From Dicyema japonicum (taxonomy: Eukaryota > Animalia > Dicyemida): DNA of 64,000 nt. Position numbers and translations under genes: made by a program. The stretch spans positions 469,288 through 533,287 of the forward strand of contig RDEW01000041.1 of NCBI GenBank assembly GCA_011109175.1, in the 5' to 3' direction. Below are positions 50,418-63,001 of the stretch, piece by piece. The number at the start of each line of letters is the position of its first letter. Position 1 is the first letter of the stretch. Under the pieces are notes generated by a model, which was not told the origin of the DNA, made no database searches, and was given only the letters and a program-made list of their open reading frames with translations.

Positions 50418-52763
50418 TCATTCGTGACGATTAATGTAATCCTAAAATCTTAAAAATAACAACATTGTAGTTTGTTCTAAAAATCGCAGCATAGAAATGG
50501 ATCTCTTCCATATTGGAGTTTAAACATACATTCTCAATTTTCTGAATAATGTCATGCGGAATCATCATTTCCATAAATATATTTGCTACTTTAAAAATAA
50601 AGATTAACGATAGTCGGTAGTTAAATTGGCACATTCCCACATAACCCAAAGCCAAATACGCTCATCCGTGTTCACATTTAATAAATTTATATTTGACATC
50701 AATGACCTTCGAAATAGAAAATTAGACTACCGAGTAAAATAATGGATATTGAAATTTGCTTGATGCGGATATTCTTTTATAAATTGGTAAATATTATTTA
50801 GAATATATTCTTTTGGACTCAAATCACCGAAATCGAAATTTACAAATGTAGGCAAAATATGATTCGGATCCCCCAATATAAAAGTCAAGCAACTCCGGAT
50901 AAAATATTGCCCGTCAAAAAGGAGTTGATTTAAGTCAGGATTCCTTTCAATGAAACACCGATGTTACAATAAATCTTCTATTACTCCACACGTCGCCAGT
51001 AAACCTTTTGCTTTTGGATATTTAGCTAGAGTTGCCACAATTTTGATGATTCTAATGGTGATATAATGACCTGAAATTCCGTCTATCTGAACTCTTTTAA
51101 AAGCATTGTGAATTTGAACAATTCCATCCAAATCAACAAACAAATCCACGTTTTTTTCATTTTCGTCTAAATAAATATATGTTGAATGCCTAGAAGATAT
51201 CTCAACACATTGAATAAGCCAGAAGTCATGCAGTTGCATTTTTCAAGAAATTTAAAGCAATACTAGGATTATCTTTTCATTAATTTTAAACTTTGACAAG
51301 TCCGGAATAGCCAAGATAAGTCAGAAAGTTTATGCTCATATCTTTCATAATTTCACTTTCGTAGCTGTTCCAAAAACACATTTTTTTAAGCACGTATGAG
51401 AACGAAGGTAACTAAAATTAAAAATTTTCAAACGAAAACTGAAGTCTCCCATGGTTTTACAAACTTTAATATGCTTACACAATCAGTAATTTTCTAAAAA
51501 TTTGAAATTACAGTACATTTTCATCATCAAAAGGTCGGTAAGGATGAACCACGTCAAGAAAAGTATCATAAATCATGCTAAGAATAGAATCAACACATAC
51601 CAACGATTAAAGTAAGAAATTTCATAGTCTTGGGTGATCTCAATAAGAATAGTCCTGGAGTAATAAAATTCACTTACATGATATTATCTGAAATCGACAC
51701 TTAGTCTCATACAACTGGTCGAAAAACTGAACTAATATTTTTTAAATACTTTCAAAAATCGACTTAAAATTTTATTTCTAAATTTTCTATTCCCATTGCA
51801 AATTTCATAAATGACTTTATACAATTGTTTTTCATCTCCTAAATCTAAGACAGATCTGAGTAAGTTGTTTACAAGTGATTCTTTATTATTCTATGATATA
51901 TCATAAAATTTACCGATTCGTTATATCCACACTGAAATTTGTAATTAGGTCCAAATTATTTTTTCTCAATCCATGTTTGCGCACGTGTCTATGATTATTA
52001 TAATCGATAACTTTGTTAATTTTTCCATGTCTATATTATAACCCGATAGATCGAGAAATGTTAGATTTTTGGTTTTTCGAGAAGAGAAATACAATTAACC
52101 TTAAATGATCAAAATATTTGTTTCATCATATTCATTAGTTGCATGCTTAAAATCACTGAATTTGATATAAATTAAACCACAGAGACTCTGGACTGTAATA
52201 GGTTAGCGGCAACTCTTCAAAGTCATAATTTGAACGTTCATAAGGTATATATGCTCAAGTTTATCCATTATTTTAATTGTGCTGTTTTTAAAAATTATTT
52301 CATCAATTTCTAAATCGCCAAGCTCAAGGGATTTGATTTTGTTAAATCCAGTCATAAATAGGGAATGTAGCAAATCTGGGTCATCATATTCTTTAAGTGA
52401 GAATGATTGGACGTTATTGGGTGAGAATGGTAGTAAAAGATTATTTTTTGAAATTATTTACATAATTTAATATTCGATAAATTTGGATAAACTTGAATCA
52501 TCTTGACAATATCTTCAACATCAATTCGCTTACAAAATTCAACGCAGAAAACATTTTTTTGTACTACATCTGAAATCTTACTTAATTTTGAATATAGTTC
52601 GTCTGGAAATTCAATTCGAAATGGATCTCTCGCATATCTCAGTTGTCTAAGTAATCTTTTAAAAATCATTTTTCTAGTTTTTTCGTTTAATTCTTGATAT
52701 TTTTTCTCATTAAAGTCTATTCGAATTTGATCAAGGCAATGCATATAATGAGGGTATTTCCAT
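50418..52763 (-). pseudogene. ZYG11/ZER1-like paralog A, copy 4 (full length, several 1-2-nt indels)
   Basis: ATG at 52763 and TGA at 50418, with the exons seen in the other copies. Frameshifts are small, so some could be sequencing errors. Confidence 0.75.
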
Positions 52764-52949
52764 TTACTAACAAAATGATGAATTTATAATTATGTTAATT
52801 TTCAAAAAAATATTAATTTTACTTAAAAATAAATTTATTTATTAGAATAATTAAATTTTATTGAATTTTATAACAATATAGTATCCTTGGTCAAATGTGA
52901 TCCTCCAATACTCGGCGTTGTGTGAGTCATGCCTCTAATGTGGATGTCT

Positions 52950-53270
52950 GTGAGCTTTCACTCCGACTGTTCTTTTCGTATTTTTGCAACAAGCCGACAA
53001 ACGGTTGGATGTTTTATAGACACTCTTTGTGAAAAGATCTGTGCCATCCTTCAAGTGAATTTGTAGTTCTTGGGAGGCCTTCTGCCTGTTTGTCGTGTAC
53101 ATTCCACATTTCCAAACTAAACAATGGTCTTATTCTCCTTTCACGTTGCAAGGCTCCGATCCATGTTGTCTCAAAATAGGTCAGAATATCTCCCAATACG
53201 TAATCAGTCTCGTCATCTATAGTTTCAAGTAGCGATCGGAAACTCTCAATGACTTGAGTTACATGAACGG
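52950..53270 (-). mobile_element. MULE transposase fragment
   Basis: Copy of 21178-21490 (ORF 53014-53274). Confidence 0.8.
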
Positions 53271-54008
53271 CCAAATGTCTATCGGCCTAATATCTGTCTG
53301 CCAAATGTCCTTGTACCGATTATACAAATTCTCAAGTATGGAAAGCGCTTTGCCAAAACTGCTTGATCTTCCCAAAATCAAGACTATCAAGCAGGTGGAA
53401 CTTCTGTAACAAAATAATTGAAGAAAATGGCCTTGTGTCTCGCGATCTTTTATGTCTGAAAATATGAAATTAAGAACTTCTTGAAATTCACAACTTTTAC
53501 TACTTTTGAGTTAAGATGGAAAAGATAGTCACCACAGGATCAGCCTGATTTTTAAAAAAGCCTGTATTTTCTTTAAAGCCCTGATCTTGAATATATTCCA
53601 TTACACCTATTTCGATAATAGCATATAAGGCTCATAGGACCATAACCCAGTGGATATTTTCGGTGATCCTGATTTTCATAGATGACTCAGTTTGTCTTGA
53701 ATATGTCCAGAAAAATTCTAATAGTTTCTAGATCATTGAGAGCCTTGTCTGACCAATAAATTCGAATTTATTCATCTGTTTCGATTAATTCAAAGTTTGA
53801 TAAACACGTGTTTAAATTTTTAAAATTATATAATCAAATTCATAAAATATTGCAGCAACAAGCACGATGTCCTTCTCAGGACTATCTCCGGCATACAAAA
53901 TTCTCGGAGTCGCAGGTGAAATCAATAAATTTTTTTTATACAATAAAAATCAATAAATATTTTTATTTGAAAATTAATTTAAAAATAAATTCAAAATCTT
54001 GTTAGAAA

Positions 54009-55806
54009 ATGGAGACACCATCATTATATACGGTTTGCGTTAAAAATATTCTGAAAAACTGTGATGAGATAAAAATCAAAAATTAAGCGAAAAATCGAAC
54101 AAAATTTTTGATAAAAGATTTACGAACTTGGATATTTAAAAGATTTCCACTTAAGAAGAGTTCGCAAATCAAATATCTACAAGATTTCAAATGTTGTACA
54201 GAAAAATATTTTCTGCATTGAATTTAGTAAACAAAATGTTGACGTTAAAGACATTGTCAAGATGATTCAAGTTTATCCGAATTTATCGAATATTAAAATA
54301 TGCGAAATAACTTCATCGAAAAAAGTCCTTCACTACCATTCTCACCCAATAACGTCCAATCATTCTCACTTCAAAAATATGATGACCCAGATTTGCTACA
54401 TTGCCTATTTATGACTGGATTTAACAAAATAACATTCTTTGAACTTTTTCGTATCATAAATTACCGTCCAGTGACTTTTAAAAATAGCACCTTGAAAATA
54501 ATGGAGAAACTGGAACACATCGAATTTTATAACCTTTCCATCATCGACTTTGAAGAATTTTCTAGAAACTTAAACAGTCCAGAGTCATTGTGGTCTGTTC
54601 TTTTGTAAAATTCAGTTATTTTGCGTACATACAGAAATTATATAGTAACGGTATATATTTGGATTCAGATAATATTAGTTGCCTTTTTGAAAAAGCCAAG
54701 AACATTACTTTTGTAGATTTATCTGGGAATATTGTCAATGTGTAAGAAGTAACAGAGTAATTAATTCTAGTTATTTTAGCCAAGTTCCAAAAAACGAATT
54801 GAAGAGAATTCATTGGGAGAATTTCTTGAGTTTCAGTGAAGGTATAAACGAATCAGTAAATTGACGAAATAATATAGAATGATCGAGAATCAGCTGTAAA
54901 TAATGCAGTCAAGTTTTTCGAACATATATCCTTGGATATTTTACACGGAAGTAACGAAGTATTGGATGATATCCTAGATGAGTTTAACAACATGAAAATT
55001 AAGAGTATCTTTTTAAACCGATTTTTGAAAGTATTTTAAAATATTATTATAGCTTCTCTATCAGAGTTTTAAGAGTAAGTACAGAGATCCAAATGTTTTT
55101 ATGTAATTGAATTTTTTTACTCAGATTTATTCTACTGGGATTACAGAAATACATGAGATTTCGTATTCTAATCGTTGGTATAAGTTGGTCTCATTTTTAG
55201 TTTAATTTATTATACTGTTCTTAAAATTCTTAGTAATCACCTGATTCAGGTAGTTTCCGTAATTTAACTTTTAAGGCTATTCCTTCCTGTGTAAACTTAA
55301 TCCTCGATTTAAATCCATGGAACAAATCTATCTTCGTTTGCTAATTTTTTATTTTAGCTGCCTGAACTGTCATTCATGTTTTTTAAAATGTCCAAATTGG
55401 AAGACCGTGCAGCTTATATAAAAAATGGGTGTCAGCCTATAATGAAAAAATTAAGTATCGAATTTTTAACTTATTTGGGGCACTTGGGAATTATCAGACT
55501 TTACAAAATAAATAATCTTAGTACTGCTTTGAACGTATGAAGCATTCTGCCTCAAGACTTATGACGTATTGAATGTGCTGAACTACCTGTTAGGTACTAA
55601 ATACATTTAGTTAGATGAAAATGAAACGAATATAAATTTGTTTATTGACTTGGGTGGAATAAGGTCCATTTGTAAAATTTTCGAAAGAATCGAGAATGTA
55701 TGTGTATACTCCAACATGGAAGAGATCCATTATTATACTGAAATTTTTAGAACAAATTACAATGTTTTAATTTTTGTAATTTTAGAATTACATTAATCAG
55801 CATTAA
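54009..55806 (+). pseudogene. ZYG11/ZER1-like paralog C, copy 2 (about 530-bp deletion at 55691)
   Basis: Starts METPSLYTVCVKNI. Introns at 54757-54779, 54856-54877, 55031-55052, 55103-55124, 55178-55200, 55253-55275, 55336-55357, 55594-55614 and 55764-55785. Confidence 0.78.
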
Positions 55807-55834
55807 GGCAAGTCTGCAAACATCCTACAGTCAA

Positions 55835-56251
55835 TTGATTTCCTTATTAAAAATAATTTATCTAACTATGCTTTCTTATTTTAATGTCTCCACATTAACC
55901 ACTAATTCAGTTTATCGCATTTTTCTTCTGAACAAAGACAAACTGTGGGACTTTGGAAGCATAAGATTCGCAAATTTAATGATAAAAAGCTTTGAATTCA
56001 CTGATGTTGTGGATTAGAAACTACTGAAAAACTTGAGGAAATTACATAGTAATCGCCTCATTAAGAAGGAAGTGGAATTAATTCTAGATTTAGGTGCGAG
56101 AAACCCAAAACTTTTTAGCAAAAAGACAAAAATAGGACTCTGCTACTATGGATTAACTGGGACTGATCCGTTCCATTGTACGTTTACGATAACAATTAAT
56201 GACATCAACATAGATTTTTTAAGTGAAAGCAGATCCGTATTCATTACTTAG
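55835..56251 (+). other. Conserved ORF-like segment directly downstream of paralog C (one in-frame TAG at 56015-56017)
   Basis: YRIFLLNKDKLWDFGSIRFANLMIK..*KLLKNLRKLHSNRLIKKEVELILDLGARNPKLFSKK. A weakly similar peptide lies downstream of paralog A (F*NLINID..LDDLKVHRGWS..LGVRYRGFK). Confidence 0.4.
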
Positions 56252-56399
56252 TTTCATTAATGAGGGTTAAATTCCAACTTAGCTGATTCTGTGTCAAATC
56301 CAAATATATCACCTGACGGCAATGTAGTTATTGAATTTGTCGGTAATTTTTTGTTTTAATGATAATAATCATTACCTTATCTTTGCTCTGTGTTCTTCC

Positions 56400-56680
56400 C
56401 TTGTGCCCGCGGCTTCCTGAATTTTCAGGGCCACCTTCACGTGATCTGAAGACAAGCCAAGTTCTTCAATGTCATGTGAGATTCTTTCGCTGAGTAGAGC
56501 ATACACATTTATTATTGTGTGGCCGTGGAGTCAATAAAAACGATTCTTTGGACTGCAAGACCCAGTCTATAGTATCTTGAGTCGGGATATAGTCTCTTGT
56601 AGGCAGCACACTGTTAAACCTTATGCTTTTAGGTCCTCAAGTAGTTAATCTTTTGTATTTTTGCGCAATTCCCAGAACCT
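56400..56680 (-). mobile_element. RTE-like APE fragment, second copy
   Basis: Colinear with 27007-27330, with a deletion. Confidence 0.55.
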
Positions 56681-58389
56681 TGAATAGAGAGTCGTTCCGA
56701 AAGCTTTGAAGACATAAAGCGCAAGATTGATATGCCACCACCTCAACCTTTGTCAGTTTAATTGTCCATTTTGATAATTTTTGTTTTTACAAATATTTAA
56801 AATTTAAAATATAATTATTAATAAATAAAAGAAAATTTACCTGGCGAGGTTTCATTATGGCATGGAGCCAGTTTTTGTTGTTTCTAAACAATTTTTTATT
56901 CTCTGCAGAAACAAAGGAATTTAATTCTGATGTTACTTGTTGATATTTCGAAAAGAAAGTGGCAGATGTGGACTCACGTCAGTGGAAGAAGACAACAGGA
57001 GCCATTGTATTAAGTCAACCTTCATATACAAGAAAGAGGAGTCCTGGGATTAAGAAAAGAAGGCAATCATTGAGATGAGATGGCTTATATAGTCCTTTAC
57101 ATATGAATGTGAGGGCTTGTTTTTTTATAATATTGATCGCATCATCTCGGTCATGGAAGTCAACAACTGAGCATTTAAGTTTATTATCAGAAGAGGCTGG
57201 ATAGGGTTTTGAATGAAGAAAAGAGCATTGAGAATCATCCAGTACAAGTTATTGAAAGTTAACTTAGATTTTCGACTAGTGTGTACGACTACAAGAGGAG
57301 TATTAAAGAGTAAAGAGAATGTTTTCTAGAGTCCATTCACAAGGTTAGACGTAAGAAATAAAAGTAGAGTGAATCATGTCCCGTCATATTTAACAGTCTC
57401 ATGAATTCTACCTATCTAACATAACCATAATTAATATTTGATATTTATAGTTAAGTTTATATGGTCAACTGGCCTAATGGTCGGTTGATCACCAAAACCC
57501 AAAGTTCTAAAAGTCAAGTCAAAGTTAGGTCCATAAAAGGAAAAAGGGCCGTTTTTTTTCAGTGTGAATAATTAAATTTTTTTGGTTATGTAATGTAACA
57601 TTTGCTTCTCCAATAAAGAAGAATTTATCAAACATCACTTGAAAATTCGCCAAAGTTCATATCCTATACGACAATTATTTTTTTGAATAAAACAAATTTT
57701 AATCAAAAACTATCAACTACTGGCTTCTATCATAATTGAGAACATATTTCCTCTGAAGATTTGCAAGGAAATACACTCAATGAGCAAACTCTTTTCTCTC
57801 CTATCATTTTTTGTTCATGATTAGCGATCCGATTCTGTTTAACTGGACCAGTGATTTGCTTTATTTGATTCCTGACGTTTGCGACTGGTTCAAAAATGAA
57901 CTGTTTACCAGGAGACGACAGTAATTATCACTATGGCATCTCTTGGAAATAAAGTGTGAGTTATAAAATAAGGTTTAAACAATAGAGACAGCACTATTCT
58001 TTGCCTGACGAAATGCAGTTTTTCAATTTCTATTGTTAATTAAGGTTTTTTTACCAGCTTTATTAATCCACATCCAATATCGACCCCCTTAGTTATGTAC
58101 CTAGTTCATTATGTTAGATCACTTTATAGCTTTTCCTTAAAATTCCAGTTCCATCAAAAATCTCAATTTTTTTTATTTCAATAAAATTCTACGATAATAA
58201 TCGAAAACTATCATCTTTCTATAAACCCAGAGAATATCCCTCTGGATCCCCAGAGAATCTTTCTTTCAAGTTTCCTGTTCCCTCTTCGAGGATAATCGTA
58301 CCGACCAACTCATCCAAAAGATGTTCACCATGTCGGCTAGTCAGTCAGCATATCCACCGTTGAGCATATCTTCATTGTCTGGTCCGAGG

Positions 58390-58600
58390 ATTACTCATGG
58401 AAGTAGGTCGGTGTCACTGGGAGGACTTAGAAACTTCTCTCCTTGCAAATCTCTCTTCTCTAATGGCGTGTAACACCCTTGTCAAGAATATTCTACACTC
58501 CGTCCCTAAATTCTCTACTTACAAGGACGCAGGTCATACCCGTGAAGCCTGGAGCCATACCTATCAGTTTTACCTATCTTCCATGTTCTCTCAGCGGTTC
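58390..58600 (+). mobile_element. CRE thumb-region fragment
   Basis: LETSLLANLSSLMACNTLVKNILHS..HTREAW aligns with CRE-1 LDVSLPAHLSSLTACEPLVRRILHS..HAREAW. Confidence 0.72.
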
Positions 58601-58601
58601 T

Positions 58602-59985
58602 AGAAACAATAGATTCAAAATAAAGATGAATAGTAACAGTGATAGAAAATCTTTATAATTGTTCCACTTTCGTCATGATTATTCGAAACATGAAATTTCT
58701 AGTATGAACCCTAATTATATTTCGGAGAGAAGAATTTTTGTTTAGTATTAAAATGGTTGATACAAAGAACTCAAAAGACTTCAGTCATTTTCAACGACTT
58801 GTCATTTGCGCCACAATATCACTAAATCTAATAATAAATCAGTCCAGTTGTCACATGAAGGAAGCCAGTCCATGTTGTACTATGAGTGCAGGATATGTAA
58901 CCGCTTAAATAATTCATAGGTATTCTTTAAAACCAGAATGGGTGGAATGCCCATGTCAGAATCTTATTGATGGTTTGAGTTCATGTTGACTTAGTCTTAT
59001 TAATGAAGTTATTCTTGTTGCTTGATGTGCTTATTGCTGTGATCACGAGGTAGTCAATGTTTTACATTTTTAGTTCAGAAGAATATTATACACAATTATG
59101 GACGTTATAAAACAGTGGGAGTTATCGAATTTTGCATACAAATTTAGATTTTGTGTTTTTCGTTTTTTACTCAAACTTTCATGAAAAATATCAACACGCA
59201 CATTGAGGAATTTGTCGAGGATCATGATGTCATGAATACTCTAATTACGACTCAAAGTATTGGGTTTTGTCTTATTTGAGATTTTACGGAACAATCGAGG
59301 TAAAGATAACCTAAATTTAGTCAGTTGTGTGTAATATCAGAAAATACAAACAAGTAGTAGCTTCTCCGAATAGTAATATGTCTTGGAGAATTTTGTGGTA
59401 TTTTTAGGTGACCTTGTTCTACGTACGTGCTAGATGCAAACAAAGTAAATGCCATGTTGTTTGTTTAATTGTGAGGATTGATCTTATTATAGACTTCTTT
59501 TTACAGTTGCCTGAAAATGATATCATTTTGCAAGATTAATTGCTATTTCCATTTTTTTAATATTGAAAATCTAAGTAAAGTCAGGGAAATTCGACCCCTG
59601 CTTCGGAATAGTGGTTTGGTTGCTTATATATTGTATGTCTGTGTGATTATGTTAGGGACTATGTCTATGACGATTATTAATCGGACAAATCAGTGACTCT
59701 ACGAAGACAATCAATTGGTTTCATAATTACTTTTTGAGGATTTTCATTTTTGTCTTCAACGTCCTGGCAGACGTGGAATTTATGGATTTCCGAAAAAACG
59801 GTTGTGAAACACTGTTTTATTGAAACATTCTCATATACATTAAGTAGGTGAGTCTCGATTATTCTTGTTAGCCTTTAGTTATCTCTGATGATGAATCAGT
59901 TTTTACTATAAAATCATATCTTCTATTTGAAGATGTTTGTTTGAATAACAACGCAGATTCATCACAGCTAAAAACATTAGGTTTG
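58602..59985 (+). pseudogene. ZYG11/ZER1-like paralog D, copy 3
   Basis: Colinear with D1 and D2. Confidence 0.6.
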
Positions 59986-60299
59986 CTAAATTTTAAATAA
60001 AATAAAATACATAAAAACTAAAATAACATAAAATATTTGAAAACAAAAGGGGCTCATTTGGAAGCCTACTCACAATTGTAAAGACGGATATATTCTTTAA
60101 GGACACAAGTCCACTAACCTCCGAGCTTTTGGTTTGGCACAACACTATGGAACAGATTACAATCAACCACAAGCTGTTCCTATTTTTTGGATAACTTTGG
60201 TCAATTTTTACATTCCTCAAAGAGGATCCTGTGAACGTCCTACACACAGTCTATCCCGCATGTAAACACTGAAGAACTACTAATATATTGACTTTAATG

Positions 60300-61230
60300 A
60301 GGACTCCCCGTTTGGTTTGCATTCCTCTGACAACAGAGGCGATCTAATCAGAAATGGTCTCATCGATATTATTGCCTTGCAAAGTGAGGACTATTGAGAC
60401 AGCCTTAACTTTGAATGGTGAATTAACTCCAATTCTATAGATTAAAGGTTATATTTTCTCAGTTTCTCCAATTTATATATTATATGACGATGTTATTCCG
60501 CTTGTTCCCTCAATTTCTCCGATTCACTTGTAAATTCTCTGACGATGTTACTCCCACAAAGAATACGAGTGTTTTTTTTACTGAACACGAACAGATTTGC
60601 TTTGTTGTGATTAGTTTCAGTTGTAATTCACTTAACGTCTTAATATATAACTCACAGTGGGACACACTAGGCATTTATATCGCAAATATTATTAATTATA
60701 GCCAAATGAGTTTTCGGTGTAATTTCGGCCCGATGAATTACGACATTCATGATAAATGGCACAGTACTGTTCTTTAAATTAATAATTAGTCTCAAAAGTA
60801 TTTTCTCACTTATATTAGAGACCTATTCGAAGGTTATCACGACGAAGATATAACCATTGGTTATTTGAAGAGATTTGTTGAATTTGGTTTTATGAAGACC
60901 AAACTCTCAATTCTTCTGTTAACTTCTGTAGATATTATTTTCAACATTTTTGACTTTGTTAATCTGACCATCTAGTAAGCCCAGATATTTGAATCTTCCA
61001 ATTCATCTAACATCCTTGATTCTTTCGATAATAGATCTGAGTTATAACCTGTCTTTTCCAGAATCTTTTCAAAGTCAACAGCTAAAATATATATTGTTAA
61101 CGTCTTCGATCATTTTCATTATAACCTCTTCGTTATTCGAAACAATTTTCAGATCATCTATGGACAGATGATGGCTAGTCGAAAATGACGAAACTGTTCT
61201 ATTTCTTCAGTGAATTTTCCAGATTTTTTC
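60300..61230 (-). mobile_element. R4-like non-LTR element, degenerate
   Basis: HLSIDDLK, HNKANLFVFSKK (HNRPD-like) and VGVTSSENLQV. Confidence 0.65.
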
Positions 61231-62005
61231 GAAATTTTAAAAATCAAAAATACTATTATCGGATTAATTAATGACGCAGAAAGTTACTAAAGTGAAAAGC
61301 AACCCAGCCAAAGTCGACCTACACAACACTTCCCGTTCTTCGGGAACTACAAATATCAACTCATTCACAGTTGAGAACAAGACACTGTGCAGAGCTATAG
61401 AACCTGAAATAGATAAGAAATGGCTATAATAGCGATCAACTAAGAGCACATATTTGTGAGAACGAAACCCAATAATGAAAACCTTACGGATTCTACCGAT
61501 TCTACTGTGAGATAATCAGACAGTCAGGTTGTATTGATGTCAATCATGTCAAACTACAAGTGCGATAAAAATCGCCAATATACTGTATCTCCACCATGAA
61601 TCAGAATTTATGCGGATGAGTCACAGATGCCCTGGTACCTTGCGTCTCGAATTCTAAAAGAGGTCTGATAAAACACCCTTTATGGAGGCCGTGGACAACA
61701 CCTGTCTTTTTGGACTGGACAATCCACAAATTTAGAGAAATAACCTCGAGGTCATCAGAAATTGTAATGAAGAACCTACCNACCCCTTTGGGTGGAAGAC
61801 AGTGACCACCTGGACTACCTTTAAGAGATAGATTCATCCACAACGAAGGTCTCTCGAATGTTCAGAAGAGGACAGACGTTGCCAATGGCCAAGGCGTCAA
61901 TCGGACACAAACAAGAGGCCACATAGCAAATCCGTGATGCTTCATTGGAAGAAATATGGTCACTTGAGAATGGATGCGGTGAGAACCGTTGATTTGTTAT
62001 GACTG

Positions 62006-62537
62006 NNNNNNNNNNNNNNNNNNNNNNNNNNNNNNNNNNNNNNNNNNNNNNNNNNNNNNNNNNNNNNNNNNNNNNNNNNNNNNNNNNNNNNNNNNNNNNN
62101 NNNNNNNNNNNNNNNNNNNNNNNNNNNNNNNNNNNNNNNNNNNNNNNNNNNNNNNNNNNNNNNNNNNNNNNNNNNNNNNNNNNNNNNNNNNNNNNNNNNN
62201 NNNNNNNNNNNNNNNNNNNNNNNNNNNNNNNNNNNNNNNNNNNNNNNNNNNNNNNNNNNNNNNNNNNNNNNNNNNNNNNNNNNNNNNNNNNNNNNNNNNN
62301 NNNNNNNNNNNNNNNNNNNNNNNNNNNNNNNNNNNNNNNNNNNNNNNNNNNNNNNNNNNNNNNNNNNNNNNNNNNNNNNNNNNNNNNNNNNNNNNNNNNN
62401 NNNNNNNNNNNNNNNNNNNNNNNNNNNNNNNNNNNNNNNNNNNNNNNNNNNNNNNNNNNNNNNNNNNNNNNNNNNNNNNNNNNNNNNNNNNNNNNNNNNN
62501 NNNNNNNNNNNNNNNNNNNNNNNNNNNNNNNNNNNNN
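62006..62537. other. Assembly gap (532 N); single Ns also at 23574 and 61781
   Basis: N characters in the sequence. Confidence 0.99.
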
Positions 62538-63001
62538 GACCAAAAACTACTACTATGGAGAAATACAACTCAATAGAAATACCATGGGCGGAAGGCGACA
62601 CGGCTGATACGGGAACCTCTTCTACCGTGATGACCTACAAGCACAGAACCGGAATATAGCACAGAACATAATGTGAATTCGTTTCCATCCACCGTTTTAT
62701 AGAGATTAACGTATTTTTTGAAAGAAATGCAATGTCTATCTTGGTGAGCGGCATAAATTCAAAGAACGTCAGTTACAGGTGCCACAAGACCAATGGCGAA
62801 TGACGATACTGAAAATTTATGATGAGATAGCAATACATCGGATGAGCTCAACCGTTTTTCTCACCATGGTGGAGACATGCTTAGTGTTTTCCTTGTATCA
62901 CCGCTACTGTACACATATGTGGAAAGACCAAGAACTATGCGGGATATCGGTAGTGACCACATACCACAGGAAATGGTCTTGAATTTAGTACCAGATGTCA
63001 T

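Noticed and set aside
55835-56251. Alternative genetic code (TAA/TAG read as Gln, or TGA read-through) to explain the many in-frame stops
   Set aside because: CRE-1 runs about 770 codons without using a stop codon internally, and most host-gene stops disappear once micro-introns are removed. The rest fit pseudogene decay.
61821-62607. Long ORFs of 195-240 aa in the ORF track
   Set aside because: They consist of X residues translated from the 532-N gap.
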